Below, one piece after another: positions 52,094-63,706 of a stretch of 64,000 nucleotides of DNA. Positions within the stretch are counted from its first letter, which is position 1. Each line of letters opens with the position of its first letter. Under the pieces are notes generated by a model that was given only the letters and a program-made list of their open reading frames with translations, was not told the origin of the DNA and did not search any database. The DNA comes from a virus (taxonomy: Duplodnaviria; Heunggongvirae; Uroviricota; Caudoviricetes), in the IMG/VR virus record IMGVR_UViG_2609460332_000008. One strand, written 5' to 3'. The position numbers and the translations under genes are program-made.

Positions 52094-52516
52094 ATGTTCC
52101 TGAAAACCGAATCATTTGAATATAACGGCGTGACCGTCACGCTTTCTGAACTGTCAGCCCTGCAGCGTATTGAGCATCTTGCCCTGATGAAACGGCAGGC
52201 AGAACCGGCGGGATCCGACAGCAACCGGCAGGTTACTGTGGAAGACGTCATCAGAACCGGCGCGTTTCTGGTGGCGATGTCCCTGTGGCATAACCATCCG
52301 AAGAAGACGCAGATGCCGTCCATGAATGAAGCCGTTAAACAGATTGAGCAGGAAGTGCTTACCACCTGGCCCACAGAGGCAATTTCTCATGCTGAAAACG
52401 TGGTGTACCGGCTGTCCGGTATGTATGAGTTTGTGGTGAATAATGCCCCCGAACAGGCAGAGGACGCCGGGCCTGCAGAGCCTGTTTCTGCGGGAAAGTG
52501 TTCGACGGTGAGCTGA
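52094..52516 (+). CDS. G: Tail assembly chaperone G
   Basis: 140 aa; ends just after the slippery heptamer G-GGA-AAG (~52490..52496). Confidence 0.9.
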   Translation: MFLKTESFEYNGVTVTLSELSALQRIEHLALMKRQAEPAGSDSNRQVTVEDVIRTGAFLVAMSLWHNHPKKTQMPSMNEAVKQIEQEVLTTWPTEAISHAENVVYRLSGMYEFVVNNAPEQAEDAGPAEPVSAGKCSTVS

Positions 52517-52932
52517 GTTTTGCCCTGAAACTGGCGCGTGAGATGGGGCGACCCGACTGGCGTGCCATGCTTGCCGGGATGTCATCCACGGAGTATGCCG
52601 ACTGGCACCGCTTTTACAGTACCCATTATTTTCATGATGTTCTGCTGGATATGCACTTTTCCGGGCTGACGTACACCGTGCTCAGCCTGTTTTTCAGCGA
52701 TCCGGATATGCATCCGCTGGATTTCAGTCTGCTGAACCGGCGCGAGGCTGACGAAGAGCCTGAAGATGATGTGCTGATGCAGAAAGCGGCAGGGCTTGCC
52801 GGAGGTGTCCGCTTTGGCCCGGACGGGAATGAAGTTATCCCCGCTTCCCCGGATGTGGCGGACATGACGGAGGATGACGTAATGCTGATGACAGTATCAG
52901 AAGGGATCGCAGGAGGAGTCCGGTATGGCTGA
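52094..52932 (+). CDS. T: Tail assembly chaperone G-T fusion made by programmed -1 frameshift
   Basis: Slippery G GGA AAG near the end of G; T frame open 52498..52932. Confidence 0.8.
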
Positions 52933-55486
52933 ACCGGTAGGCGATCTGGTCGTTGATTTGAGTCTGGATGCGGCCAGATTTGACGAGCAGATGGCCAGAG
53001 TCAGGCGTCATTTTTCCGGTACGGAAAGTGATGCGAAAAAAACAGCGGCAGTCGTTGAACAGTCGCTGAGCCGACAGGCGCTGGCTGCACAGAAAGCGGG
53101 GATTTCCGTCGGGCAGTATAAAGCCGCCATGCGTATGCTGCCTGCACAGTTCACCGACGTGGCCACGCAGCTTGCAGGCGGGCAAAGTCCGTGGCTGATC
53201 CTGCTGCAACAGGGGGGGCAGGTGAAGGACTCCTTCGGCGGGATGATCCCCATGTTCAGGGGGCTTGCCGGTGCGATCACCCTGCCGATGGTGGGGGCCA
53301 CCTCGCTGGCGGTGGCGACCGGTGCGCTGGCGTATGCCTGGTATCAGGGCAACTCAACCCTGTCCGATTTCAACAAAACGCTGGTCCTTTCCGGCAATCA
53401 GGCGGGTCTGACGGCAGATCGTATGCTGGTCCTGTCCAGAGCCGGGCAGGCGGCAGGGCTGACGTTTAACCAGACCAGCGAGTCACTCAGCGCACTGGTT
53501 AAGGCGGGGGTAAGCGGTGAGGCTCAGATTGCGTCCATCAGCCAGAGTGTGGCGCGTTTCTCCTCTGCATCCGGCGTGGAGGTGGACAAGGTCGCTGAAG
53601 CCTTCGGGAAGCTGACCACAGACCCGACGTCGGGGCTGACGGCGATGGCACGCCAGTTCCATAACGTGACGGCGGAGCAGATTGCGTATGTTGCTCAGTT
53701 GCAGCGTTCCGGCGATGAAGCCGGGGCATTGCAGGCGGCGAACGAGGCCGCAACGAAAGGGTTTGATGACCAGACCCGCCGCCTGAAAGAGAACATGGGC
53801 ACGCTGGAGACCTGGGCAGACAGGACTGCGCGGGCATTCAAATCCATGTGGGATGCGGTGCTGGATATTGGTCGTCCTGATACCGCGCAGGAGATGCTGA
53901 TTAAGGCAGAGGCTGCGTTTAAGAAAGCAGACGACATCTGGAATCTGCGCAAGGATGATTATTTTGTTAACGATGAAGCGCGGGCGCGTTACTGGGATGA
54001 TCGTGAAAAGGCCCGTCTTGCGCTTGAAGCCGCCCGAAAGAAGGCTGAACAGCAGAGTCAACAGGACAAAAATGCGCAGCAGCAGAGCGATACCGAAGCG
54101 TCACGGCTGAAATATACCGAAGAGGCGCAGAAGGCTTACGAACGGCTGCAGACGCCGCTGGAGAAATATGCCGCCCGTCAGGAAGAACTGAATAAGGCCC
54201 TGAAAGACGGAAAAATCCTGCAGGCAGATTACAACACGCTGATGGCGGCAGCGAAAAAGGACTATGAAACGACACTGAAAAAGCCGAAGCAGTCCGGCGT
54301 GAAGGTGTCTGCGGGCGATCGTCAGGAAGACAGTGCTCATGCTGCCCTGCTGACGCTTCAGGCTGAACTCCGGACGCTGGAGAAGCATGCCGGAGCAAAT
54401 GAGAAAATCAGCCAGCAGCGCCGGGATTTGTGGAAGGCGGAGAGTCAGTTCGCGGTACTGGAGGAGGCGGCGCAACGTCGCCAGCTGTCTGTACAGGAGA
54501 AATCCCTGCTGGCGCATAAAGATGAGACGCTGGAGTACAAACGCCAGCTGGCTGCACTTGGCGACAAGGTTACGTATCAGGAGCGCCTGAACGCGCTGGC
54601 GCAGCAGGCGGATAAATTCGCACAGCAGCAACGGGCAAAACGGGCCGCCATTGATGCGAAAAGCCGGGGGCTGACTGACCGGCAGGCAGAACGGGAAGCC
54701 ACGGAACAGCGCCTGAAGGAACAGTATGGCGATAATCCGCTGGCGCTGAATAACGTCATGTCAGAGCAGAAAAAGACCTGGGCGGCTGAAGACCAGCTTC
54801 GCGGGAACTGGATGGCAGGCCTGAAGTCCGGCTGGAGTGAGTGGGAAGAGAGCGCCACGGACAGTATGTCGCAGGTAAAAAGTGCAGCCACGCAGACCTT
54901 TGATGGTATTGCACAGAATATGGCGGCGATGCTGACCGGCAGTGAGCAGAACTGGCGCAGCTTCACCCGTTCCGTGCTGTCCATGATGACAGAAATTCTG
55001 CTTAAGCAGGCAATGGTGGGGATTGTCGGGAGTATCGGCAGCGCCATTGGCGGGGCTGTTGGTGGCGGCGCATCCGCGTCAGGCGGTACAGCCATTCAGG
55101 CCGCTGCGGCGAAATTCCATTTTGCAACCGGAGGATTTACGGGAACCGGCGGCAAATATGAGCCAGCGGGGATTGTTCACCGTGGTGAGTTTGTCTTCAC
55201 GAAGGAGGCAACCAGCCGGATTGGCGTGGGGAATCTTTACCGGCTGATGCGCGGCTATGCCACCGGCGGTTATGTCGGTACACCGGGCAGCATGGCAGAC
55301 AGCCGGTCGCAGGCGTCCGGGACGTTTGAGCAGAATAACCATGTGGTGATTAACAACGACGGCACGAACGGGCAGATAGGTCCGGCTGCTCTGAAGGCGG
55401 TGTATGACATGGCCCGCAAGGGTGCCCGTGATGAAATTCAGACACAGATGCGTGATGGTGGCCTGTTCTCCGGAGGTGGACGATGA
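52925..55486 (+). CDS. H: Tail tape measure protein H
   Basis: 853 aa, the lambda gpH length. Confidence 0.9.
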   Translation: MAEPVGDLVVDLSLDAARFDEQMARVRRHFSGTESDAKKTAAVVEQSLSRQALAAQKAGISVGQYKAAMRMLPAQFTDVATQLAGGQSPWLILLQQGGQVKDSFGGMIPMFRGLAGAITLPMVGATSLAVATGALAYAWYQGNSTLSDFNKTLVLSGNQAGLTADRMLVLSRAGQAAGLTFNQTSESLSALVKAGVSGEAQIASISQSVARFSSASGVEVDKVAEAFGKLTTDPTSGLTAMARQFHNVTAEQIAYVAQLQRSGDEAGALQAANEAATKGFDDQTRRLKENMGTLETWADRTARAFKSMWDAVLDIGRPDTAQEMLIKAEAAFKKADDIWNLRKDDYFVNDEARARYWDDREKARLALEAARKKAEQQSQQDKNAQQQSDTEASRLKYTEEAQKAYERLQTPLEKYAARQEELNKALKDGKILQADYNTLMAAAKKDYETTLKKPKQSGVKVSAGDRQEDSAHAALLTLQAELRTLEKHAGANEKISQQRRDLWKAESQFAVLEEAAQRRQLSVQEKSLLAHKDETLEYKRQLAALGDKVTYQERLNALAQQADKFAQQQRAKRAAIDAKSRGLTDRQAEREATEQRLKEQYGDNPLALNNVMSEQKKTWAAEDQLRGNWMAGLKSGWSEWEESATDSMSQVKSAATQTFDGIAQNMAAMLTGSEQNWRSFTRSVLSMMTEILLKQAMVGIVGSIGSAIGGAVGGGASASGGTAIQAAAAKFHFATGGFTGTGGKYEPAGIVHRGEFVFTKEATSRIGVGNLYRLMRGYATGGYVGTPGSMADSRSQASGTFEQNNHVVINNDGTNGQIGPAALKAVYDMARKGARDEIQTQMRDGGLFSGGGR

Positions 55487-55812
55487 AGACCTTCCGCTGG
55501 AAAGTGAAACCCGGTATGGATGTGGCTTCGGTCCCTTCTGTAAGAAAGGTGCGCTTTGGTGATGGCTATTCTCAGCGAGCGCCTGCCGGGCTGAATGCCA
55601 ACCTGAAAACGTACAGCGTGACGCTTTCTGTCCCCCGTGAGGAGGCCACGGTACTGGAGTCGTTTCTGGAAGAGCACGGGGGCTGGAAATCCTTTCTGTG
55701 GACGCCGCCTTATGAGTGGCAGCAGATAAAGGTGACCTGCGCAAAATGGTCGTCGCGGGTCAGTATGCTGCGTGTTGAGTTCAGCGCAGAGTTTGAACAG
55801 GTGGTGAACTGA
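55483..55812 (+). CDS. M: Tail tip protein M
   Basis: 109 aa, MKTFRWKVKPGMDVASVPSVRKVRFGDGYSQRAPAGLNANLKTYSV... Confidence 0.9.
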   Translation: MKTFRWKVKPGMDVASVPSVRKVRFGDGYSQRAPAGLNANLKTYSVTLSVPREEATVLESFLEEHGGWKSFLWTPPYEWQQIKVTCAKWSSRVSMLRVEFSAEFEQVVN

Positions 55813-56509
55813 TGCAGGATATCCGGCAGGAAACACTGAATGAATGCACCCGTGCGGAGCAGTCGGCCAGCGTGGTGCTCTGGGAAATCGACCTGACAGA
55901 GGTCGGTGGAGAACGTTATTTTTTCTGTAATGAGCAGAACGAAAAAGGTGAGCCGGTCACCTGGCAGGGGCGACAGTATCAGCCGTATCCCATTCAGGGG
56001 AGCGGTTTTGAACTGAATGGCAAAGGCACCAGTACGCGCCCCACGCTGACGGTTTCTAACCTGTACGGTATGGTCACCGGGATGGCGGAAGATCTGCAGA
56101 GTCTGGTCGGCGGAACGGTGGTCCGGCGTAAGGTTTACGCCCGTTTTCTGGATGCGGTGAACTTCGTCAACGGAAACAGTTATGCCGATCCGGAGCAGGA
56201 GGTGATCAGCGCTGGCGCATTGAGCAGTGCAGCGAACTGAGCGCGGTGAGTGCCTCCTTTGTACTGTCCACGCCGACGGAAACGGATGGCGCTGTTTTTC
56301 CGGGACGTATCATGCTGGCCAACACCTGCACCTGGACCTATCGCGGTGACGAGTGCGGTTATAGCGGTCCGGCTGTCGCGGATGAATATGACCAGCCAAC
56401 GTCCGATATCACGAAGGATAAATGCAGCAAATGCCTGAGCGGTTGTAAGTTCCGCAATAACGTCGGCAACTTTGGCGGCTTCCTTTCCATTAACAAACTT
56501 TCGCAGTAA
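55812..56509 (+). pseudogene. L: Tail tip protein L, disrupted by a 1-nt deletion frameshift (two ORFs: 55812..56240 and 56246..56509)
   Basis: First ORF matches the gpL N-terminus, second (different frame, no ATG) matches the gpL C-terminus with Cys cluster; break near 56208..56212, where lambda reads ATCAGCCGCTGG by memory and this reads ATCAGCGCTGG. Confidence 0.75.
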
Positions 56510-56513
56510 TCCC

Positions 56514-57257
56514 ATGACACAGACAGAATCAGCGATTCTGGCGCACGCCCGGCGATGTGCGCCAGCGGAGTCGTGTGGCTTCGTGGTGAGAACGCCGAAG
56601 GGGGAAAGATATTTTCCCTGCGTGAATATCTCCGGTGAGCCGGAGGCGTATTTCCGGATGTCGCCGGAGGACTGGCTGCGGGCAGAGATGCAGGGTGAGA
56701 TTGTGGCGCTGGTCCACAGCCACCCCGGTGGTCTGCCCTGGCTGAGTGAGGCTGACAGGCGGCTGCAGGTGCAGAGCGATTTGCCGTGGTGGCTGGTCTG
56801 CCGGGGTGAGATTCATAAATTCCGCTGTGTGCCGCATCTTACCGGGCGGTGCTTTGAGCACGGGGTGACGGACTGTTACACGCTGTTCCGGGATGCTTAT
56901 CATCTGGCGGGGATTGAGATGCCGGATTTTCATCGCGGGGATGACTGGTGGCGTCACGGTCAGAATCTCTATCTGGATAATCTGGAGGCCACAGGGCTGT
57001 ATCAGGTGCCGTTGTCATCAGCACAACCGGGCGATGTGCTGCTGTGCTGTTTTGGTTCATCGGTGCCGAATCATGCCGCCATTTACTGTGGTGATGGCGA
57101 GCTGCTGCACCATATTCCTGAACAACTGAGCAAACGAGAGAGGTATACCGACAAATGGCAGCGACGCACACACTCCCTCTGGCGTCACCGGGCATGGCGC
57201 GCATCTGCCTTTACGGGGATTTACAACGATTTGGCCGCCGCATCGACCTTCGTGTGA
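56514..57257 (+). CDS. K: Tail tip assembly protein K (JAB/MPN plus NlpC/P60-like)
   Basis: MTQTESAILAHARRCAPAESCGFVV... with HSHP metal-site motif. Confidence 0.9.
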   Translation: MTQTESAILAHARRCAPAESCGFVVRTPKGERYFPCVNISGEPEAYFRMSPEDWLRAEMQGEIVALVHSHPGGLPWLSEADRRLQVQSDLPWWLVCRGEIHKFRCVPHLTGRCFEHGVTDCYTLFRDAYHLAGIEMPDFHRGDDWWRHGQNLYLDNLEATGLYQVPLSSAQPGDVLLCCFGSSVPNHAAIYCGDGELLHHIPEQLSKRERYTDKWQRRTHSLWRHRAWRASAFTGIYNDLAAASTFV

Positions 57258-57796
57258 AAACGGGGGCTGAAGCCATCCGGGCGCTGGCCACACAGCTCCC
57301 GGCGTTTCGTCAGAAACTGAGCGACGGCTGGTATCAGGTACGGATTGCCGGGCGTGATACAGGTGAAACGGAATTATCAGCCCGTCTTAATGAACCGCTG
57401 GCAAATGGTGCTGTGATCCATATCGTGCCGCGTCTGGCAGGAGCCAAAAGTGGCGGTGTGTTTCAGGCTGTGCTGGGGGCGGCTGTTATGGCGGTTGCTA
57501 TATGGATGCCGGGGGTAGGAATTATGGCGAGTAATCTGCTGTTTTCTCTCGGTGCCAGTATGACGCTTGGCGGTGTTGCACAGATGCTGGCCCCTAAACC
57601 CAGAACCCCCCGCACACAGACAACGGATAACGGCAAACAGAACACCTATTTTTCTTCACTGGATAATATGGTTGCCCAGGGCAATGTTCTGCCCGTTCTG
57701 TACGGTGAAATGCGCGTGGGATCACGTGTGGTATCTCAGGAGATCAGCACAGCAGATGAAGGTGATGGTGGTCAGGTTGTGGTGATTGGTCGCTGA
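57155..57796 (+). CDS. I: Tail tip assembly protein I
   Basis: MAATHTLPLASPGMARICLYGDLQRFG...; overlaps the K 3' end as in lambda. Confidence 0.85.
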   Translation: MAATHTLPLASPGMARICLYGDLQRFGRRIDLRVKTGAEAIRALATQLPAFRQKLSDGWYQVRIAGRDTGETELSARLNEPLANGAVIHIVPRLAGAKSGGVFQAVLGAAVMAVAIWMPGVGIMASNLLFSLGASMTLGGVAQMLAPKPRTPRTQTTDNGKQNTYFSSLDNMVAQGNVLPVLYGEMRVGSRVVSQEISTADEGDGGQVVVIGR

Positions 57797-57856
57797 TGAA
57801 AAACGTTTTATGTGAAACCGCCTCCGGGCGGTTTTATCGTTTATGGAGCATGACGA

Positions 57857-60800
57857 ATGGGTAAAGGCAGCAGTAAGGGGCATACCCCGCGCGAAGCGAA
57901 GGACAACCTGAAGTCCACGCAGCTGCTGAGTGTGATCGATGCCATCAGCGAAGGGCCGGTTGAAGGTCCGGTGGATGGATTAAAAAGCGTGCTGCTGAAC
58001 AGTACGCCGGTGCTGGACAGTGAGGGGAATACCAATATATCCGGCGTCACGGTGGTGTTCCGGGCCGGTGAGCAGGAGCAGTCACCGCCGGAGGGATTTG
58101 AATCCTCCGGCTCCGAGACGGTGCTGGGTACGGAAGTGAAATATGACACGCCGATCACCCGGACCATCACGTCGGCAAACATCGACCGTCTGCGCTTTAC
58201 CTTCGGTGTACAGGCACTGGTGGAAACCACCTCAAAGGGAGACAGGAATCCGTCGGAAGTTCGCCTGCTGGTTCAGATACAGCGTAACGGTGGCTGGGTG
58301 ACGGAAAAAGACATCACCATTAAGGGCAAAACCACCTCGCAGTATCTGGCCTCGGTGGTGGTGGATAACCTGCCGCCGCGCCCGTTTAATATCCGGATGC
58401 GCAGGATGACGCCGGACAGCACCACAGACCAGCTGCTGAACAAAACGCTCTGGTCGTCATACACCGAAATCATCGATGTGAAACAGTGCTACCCGAACAC
58501 GGCACTGGTTGGCGTGCAGGTGGACTCGGAGCAGTTCGGCAGCCAGCAGGTGAGCCGTAATTATCATCTTCGCGGGCGCATTCTGCAGGTGCCGTCGAAC
58601 TATAACCCGCAGACGCGGCAATACAGCGGTATCTGGGACGGAACGTTAAAACCGGCATACAGCAACAACATGGCCTGGTGTCTGTGGGATATGCTGACCC
58701 ATCCGCGCTACGGCATGGGGAAACGTCTTGGTGCGGCGGATGTGGATAAATGGGCGCTGTATGTCATCGGCCAGTACTGCGACCAGTCGGTGCCGGACGG
58801 CTTTGGCGGCACGGAGCCGCGCATTACCTGTAATGCGTACCTGACCACACAGCGCAAGGCGTGGGATGTGCTCAGTGATTTCTGCTCGGCGATGCGCTGT
58901 ATGCCGGTATGGAACGGGCAGACGCTGACGTTCGTGCAGGACCGACCATCAGATAAGGTGTGGACCTATAACCGCAGTAATGTGGTGATGCCGGATGATG
59001 GCGCGCCGTTCCGCTACAGCTTCAGCGCCCTGAAGGACCGCCATAATGCCGTTGAGGTGAACTGGATTGACCCGGATAACGGCTGGGAGACGGCGACAGA
59101 GCTCGTGGAGGATACGCAGGCCATTGCCCGTTACGGCCGTAACGTCACGAAGATGGATGCCTTTGGCTGTACCAGCCGGGGGCAGGCACACCGCGCCGGG
59201 CTGTGGCTGATTAAAACGGAGCTGCTGGAAACGCAGACCGTGGACTTCAGCGTGGGTGCTGAAGGGCTTCGCCATGTACCGGGGGATGTCATTGAAATCT
59301 GCGATGATGACTATGCCGGTATCAGCACCGGTGGTCGTGTGCTGGCGGTGAACAGCCAGACCCGGACGCTGACGCTCGACCGTGAAATCACGCTGCCATC
59401 CTCCGGTACCACGCTGATAAGCCTGGTTGACGGAAGTGGCAATCCGGTCAGCGTGGAGGTTCAGTCCGTCACCGACGGCGTGAAGGTGAAAGTGAGCCGT
59501 GTTCCTGACGGTGTTGCTGAATACAGCGTATGGGGGCTGAAGCTGCCGACGCTGCGCCAGCGACTGTTCCGCTGCGTGAGTATCCGTGAAAACGACGACG
59601 GCACGTATGCCATCACCGCCGTGCAGCATGTGCCGGAAAAAGAGACCATCGTGGATAACGGGGCGCACTTTGACGGCGAACAGAGTGGCACGGTGAATGG
59701 TGTCACGCCGCCCGCGGTGCAGCACCTGACCGCAGAAGTCACCGCAGACAGCGGGGAATATCAGGTGCTGGCGCGATGGGACACACCGAAGGTGGTGAAG
59801 GGGGTGAGCTTTATGCTTCGCCTGACCGTGGCAGCGGATGACGGCAGTGAGCGGCTGGTCAGCACGGCCAGGACGACGGAAACCACATACCGCTTCAGGC
59901 AACTGGCGCTGGGGAACTACAGGCTGACAGTCCGGGCGGTAAATGCGTGGGGGCAGCAGGGGGATCCGGCGTCGGTATCGTTCCGGATTGCCGCACCGGC
60001 AGCGCCATCGCGGATTGAGCTGACGCCGGGCTATTTTCAGATAACCGCAACGCCGCATCTTGCCGTTTATGATCCGACGGTACAGTTTGAGTTCTGGTTC
60101 TCGGAAAAGCGGATTGCGGATATCAGGCAGGTTGAAGCCAGCGCGCGTTATCTTGGTACGGCGCTGTACTGGATAGCCGCCAGTATCAATATCAAACCGG
60201 GCCATGATTATTATTTTTACATTCGCAGTGTGAACACCGTTGGCAAATCGGCATTTGTGGAGGCTGTTGGCCAGCCGAGTGATGATGCATCCGGCTATCT
60301 GGATTTTTTCAAAGGAGAGATAGGGAAAACCCATCTGGCTCAGGAGTTGTGGACGCAGATTGATAACGGTCAGCTTGCGCCTGACCTGGCTGAAATCAGG
60401 ACGTCCATTACGGATGTCAGCAATGAAATCACGCAGACCGTCAATAAGAAACTGGAAGACCAGAGTGCAGCGATCCAGCAGATACAGAAGGTTCAGGTTG
60501 ATACAAATAATAACCTGAACAGCATGTGGGCTGTGAAGCTGCAGCAGATGCAGGACGGACGCCTTTATATCGCGGGTATTGGTGCCGGTATTGAGAATAC
60601 CCCTGACGGTATGCAGAGTCAGGTGCTGCTGGCGGCGGACAGGATTGCGATGATTAATCCTGCGAATGGCAATACAAAGCCGATGTTTGTTGGGCAGGGC
60701 GATCAGATATTCATGAACGAAGTGTTCCTGAAATATCTGACGGCTCCCACCATTACCAGCGGTGGCAATCCCCCAACGTTTTCACTGACACCTGATGGTC

Positions 60801-61339
60801 GACTTTCTGCGAGAAATGCGGATATCAGCGGTAACGTGAATGCGAACTCCGGGACGCTCAATAATGTCACGATTAACCAGAACTGTCGGATTCTGGGAAA
60901 ACTGTCAGCTAACCAGATTGAAGGTGATATTGTCAAAACGGTGGGAAAAGCCTTTCCGAGAAATGGCAGTTATGCCAGCGGTACAATAACGGTCACTGTG
61001 TACGATGACCAGGCTTTTGACCGTCAGATAGTCGTCCCCCCCGTTCTGTTTCGCGGTGGTAAGCATGAAAACTTCAACAGCAACAACCAACAGTCATACT
61101 GGTATTCAACCTGTAAGCTGCAGGTGCTGAAGAACGGACAGGAAATCTTTCAGCAACCCGCGACGGATGTCAGCAGGGTATTTTCATCAGTCATTGATAT
61201 GCCTGCCGGACACGGCCATGTCACCCTGACTTTCAATGTTTCTTCATATGGTGCAAATAACTGGACGCCAACGACCAGTATCAGCGACCTTCTTGTTGTC
61301 GTGATGAAGAAATCAACAGCCGGCATCAGTATCAGTTGA
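57857..61339 (+). CDS. J: Central tail fibre / host-specificity protein J, with divergent C-terminal receptor-binding region
   Basis: 1160 aa; N-terminal ~1000 aa lambda-J-like; last ~150 aa differ from lambda J as I recall it. Confidence 0.85.
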   Translation: MGKGSSKGHTPREAKDNLKSTQLLSVIDAISEGPVEGPVDGLKSVLLNSTPVLDSEGNTNISGVTVVFRAGEQEQSPPEGFESSGSETVLGTEVKYDTPITRTITSANIDRLRFTFGVQALVETTSKGDRNPSEVRLLVQIQRNGGWVTEKDITIKGKTTSQYLASVVVDNLPPRPFNIRMRRMTPDSTTDQLLNKTLWSSYTEIIDVKQCYPNTALVGVQVDSEQFGSQQVSRNYHLRGRILQVPSNYNPQTRQYSGIWDGTLKPAYSNNMAWCLWDMLTHPRYGMGKRLGAADVDKWALYVIGQYCDQSVPDGFGGTEPRITCNAYLTTQRKAWDVLSDFCSAMRCMPVWNGQTLTFVQDRPSDKVWTYNRSNVVMPDDGAPFRYSFSALKDRHNAVEVNWIDPDNGWETATELVEDTQAIARYGRNVTKMDAFGCTSRGQAHRAGLWLIKTELLETQTVDFSVGAEGLRHVPGDVIEICDDDYAGISTGGRVLAVNSQTRTLTLDREITLPSSGTTLISLVDGSGNPVSVEVQSVTDGVKVKVSRVPDGVAEYSVWGLKLPTLRQRLFRCVSIRENDDGTYAITAVQHVPEKETIVDNGAHFDGEQSGTVNGVTPPAVQHLTAEVTADSGEYQVLARWDTPKVVKGVSFMLRLTVAADDGSERLVSTARTTETTYRFRQLALGNYRLTVRAVNAWGQQGDPASVSFRIAAPAAPSRIELTPGYFQITATPHLAVYDPTVQFEFWFSEKRIADIRQVEASARYLGTALYWIAASINIKPGHDYYFYIRSVNTVGKSAFVEAVGQPSDDASGYLDFFKGEIGKTHLAQELWTQIDNGQLAPDLAEIRTSITDVSNEITQTVNKKLEDQSAAIQQIQKVQVDTNNNLNSMWAVKLQQMQDGRLYIAGIGAGIENTPDGMQSQVLLAADRIAMINPANGNTKPMFVGQGDQIFMNEVFLKYLTAPTITSGGNPPTFSLTPDGRLSARNADISGNVNANSGTLNNVTINQNCRILGKLSANQIEGDIVKTVGKAFPRNGSYASGTITVTVYDDQAFDRQIVVPPVLFRGGKHENFNSNNQQSYWYSTCKLQVLKNGQEIFQQPATDVSRVFSSVIDMPAGHGHVTLTFNVSSYGANNWTPTTSISDLLVVVMKKSTAGISIS

Positions 61340-61397
61340 ATTTTAAAACCCAAATTCGGGCACCAGAAATGGTGCCTTTTTTATTTGTGGAGTGAAT

Positions 61398-63419
61398 ATG
61401 GCAGTACAGATTTCAGGTGTGCTGAAAGACGGTGCAGGAAAACCGATACAGAACTGCACCATTCAGCTCAAAGCAAAACGTAACAGCACCACAGTTGTGG
61501 TGAACACGGTGGCCTCAGAAAATCCGGATGAAGCCGGACGTTACAGCATGGATGTTGAGTATGGCCAGTACAGCGTCGCCCTGCTGGTTGAAGGTTTTCC
61601 GCCTTCACATGCCGGGACCATCACCGTGTATGAGGATTCTAAGCCGGGGACATTGAATGATTTTCTGGGCGCTGCAACAGAAGATGATGTTTGTCCGGAG
61701 GCACTGTATCGTTTTGAAAAGATGGTGGAAGAGGCGGCACGCAACGCTGAAGCCGCCTCTCAGAGCGCAGCGGCAGCAAAGAAATCAGAAACAGCAGCGG
61801 CATCGTCCAGGAACGCGGCGAAAACATCAGAGACGAATGCAGGTAACAGCGCGAAAGCGGCAGCTTCTTCAAAAACAGCCGCACAAAACGCAGCAACAGC
61901 GGCAGAACGTTCAGAGACAAATGCCCGTGCGTCAGAAGAAGCCTCCGCAGACAGTGAAGAGGCTTCCCGCCGTAATGCAGAGTCAGCCGCTGAAAATGCC
62001 GGAGTCGCCACCACAAAAGCGCGGGAGGCCGCAGCAGACGCAACAAAGGCCGGGCAGAAAAAGGATGAGGCTCTGTCGGCAGCGACACGAGCTGAAAAGG
62101 CGGCAGACCGCGCAGAAGCCGCAGCGGAAGTGACTGCAGAGCCCTGTGCGAATATAGTGCCGCCGCTGCCTGATGTGTGGATACCGTTTAACGATTCACT
62201 GGATATGATTACGGGTTTTTCGCCATCTTATAAAAAGATAGTTATTGGTGACGATGAAATAACAATGCCAGGCGACAAGATTGTTAAGTTTAAACGTGCT
62301 TCAACAGCAACGTATATTAATAAGTCCGGCCAACTCAAGCTTGCTGAAGTTGACGAACCGCGATTTGAGCGCGATGGCTTATTGATTGAAGGACAGAGGA
62401 CAAATTATCTGAGGAACTCAAATAAACCAGACTCATGGACTGTTCATTCCGCACTGAATAAAACATTTGGCACTGATAAACAGGGGTTCAATTATGCCAC
62501 GGTGACACCCACGGAAAGTATAGTGGGAACAACAGGTGGCTATACTGTGCATGGTGTGGTTGCAGCAGACAGATTCCCGCTGGCAAGTGGTGAATGTTTC
62601 ACTTTTTCGTGCCGGGTTAAAGGCGCTAAAGCACGATGCAGGTTAAGAGTTTCAGTTATTATTGGTGGAACAGATACCTTCTCTGCTGACTCTTATCTTG
62701 ATCTGGATACCCGGATCGCAACAGTAAGCGGTAATACATCCCTTATAACAGCCAAAGCTGAACAACAGGGCGAGTGGACCTACTATGAGGCCACTTATAC
62801 AGCTAATACGGACATTGATACCGTTAACTGTGCTTTTTATATGACAAATAAAATAAGTAATGAGACATTCTATGATGACTCAACATTAACCATGACGACG
62901 CCGCAAATTGAACTGGGCAATACGGCATCGTCATTTATTGTAACTACAATGCCAACAACACGCGCAAGTGATGTAGTTACTATCCCATCGCAGAATAACC
63001 TGTCAACACGGCCTTTTACGGTATTGTGCGAAGTAAGCAGGAACTGGAGTACACCGCCCAATGTTGCGCCAAGGATATTTGATGTTGGAGGGCACAGTAT
63101 TGATGATAATTATTTATCGCTGGGGTTTGTTGCAACAGGAAAGATAAGCGCCAACGTAGGAATGGTTCAGCCACAAATTGCCTCAGATGGAGAAAGGTTC
63201 ATTGTGGGTGTGAGAGCTAAATCTGATTTATCAGTAAATGCAATATGCAATGGTAATTATACAACAAACCTTAATGGTAAAATATTTGGAGTTACAGCAA
63301 CATCGTACCGGTTTGGTGGGCAGACCGCAGCAGGAACGCGTCATTTGTTTGGACACATCAGAAATTTCAGAGTCTGGTTTAAAGAATTAAATGACAGGCA
63401 AATCAAGGAGGCAGTATGA
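61398..63419 (+). CDS. stf: Side tail fibre Stf with variant, low-GC C-terminal domain
   Basis: MAVQISGVLKDGAGKPIQNCTIQLKA... lambda Stf N-terminus, Ala/Ser-rich shaft, then a ~420-aa divergent AT-richer distal domain. Confidence 0.8.
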   Translation: MAVQISGVLKDGAGKPIQNCTIQLKAKRNSTTVVVNTVASENPDEAGRYSMDVEYGQYSVALLVEGFPPSHAGTITVYEDSKPGTLNDFLGAATEDDVCPEALYRFEKMVEEAARNAEAASQSAAAAKKSETAAASSRNAAKTSETNAGNSAKAAASSKTAAQNAATAAERSETNARASEEASADSEEASRRNAESAAENAGVATTKAREAAADATKAGQKKDEALSAATRAEKAADRAEAAAEVTAEPCANIVPPLPDVWIPFNDSLDMITGFSPSYKKIVIGDDEITMPGDKIVKFKRASTATYINKSGQLKLAEVDEPRFERDGLLIEGQRTNYLRNSNKPDSWTVHSALNKTFGTDKQGFNYATVTPTESIVGTTGGYTVHGVVAADRFPLASGECFTFSCRVKGAKARCRLRVSVIIGGTDTFSADSYLDLDTRIATVSGNTSLITAKAEQQGEWTYYEATYTANTDIDTVNCAFYMTNKISNETFYDDSTLTMTTPQIELGNTASSFIVTTMPTTRASDVVTIPSQNNLSTRPFTVLCEVSRNWSTPPNVAPRIFDVGGHSIDDNYLSLGFVATGKISANVGMVQPQIASDGERFIVGVRAKSDLSVNAICNGNYTTNLNGKIFGVTATSYRFGGQTAAGTRHLFGHIRNFRVWFKELNDRQIKEAV

Positions 63420-63694
63420 AAGATTTAACTTTGAAATTTCCTGGTAACAGAGAGTTTAAATCCTTCCTGTCATCTCTTGACTGGGAGGAGGATGAAGACC
63501 TCCAGAATAAACTGTTAGTCGATGAAATTGGTTTCACCTACACAGAAACAGGGGTAACAGAAGAGGGAGAACCTGTCTGTGTCCGGAATGACGGTTATTT
63601 TGTCAACATTCGCATTCTTGATGACTTGTTTGATGTTTCTGTATTCTCTGATTATGTCGTGGAGCTGGAAACACCGCTTCGGGAATGGAGCTGA
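63416..63694 (+). CDS. Acidic 92-aa protein coupled to stf; possible fibre chaperone or accessory
   Basis: ATG overlaps the stf stop (ATGA); not Tfa-like. Confidence 0.45.
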   Translation: MKDLTLKFPGNREFKSFLSSLDWEEDEDLQNKLLVDEIGFTYTETGVTEEGEPVCVRNDGYFVNIRILDDLFDVSVFSDYVVELETPLREWS

Positions 63695-63706
63695 AAGGAG
63701 GAAATA

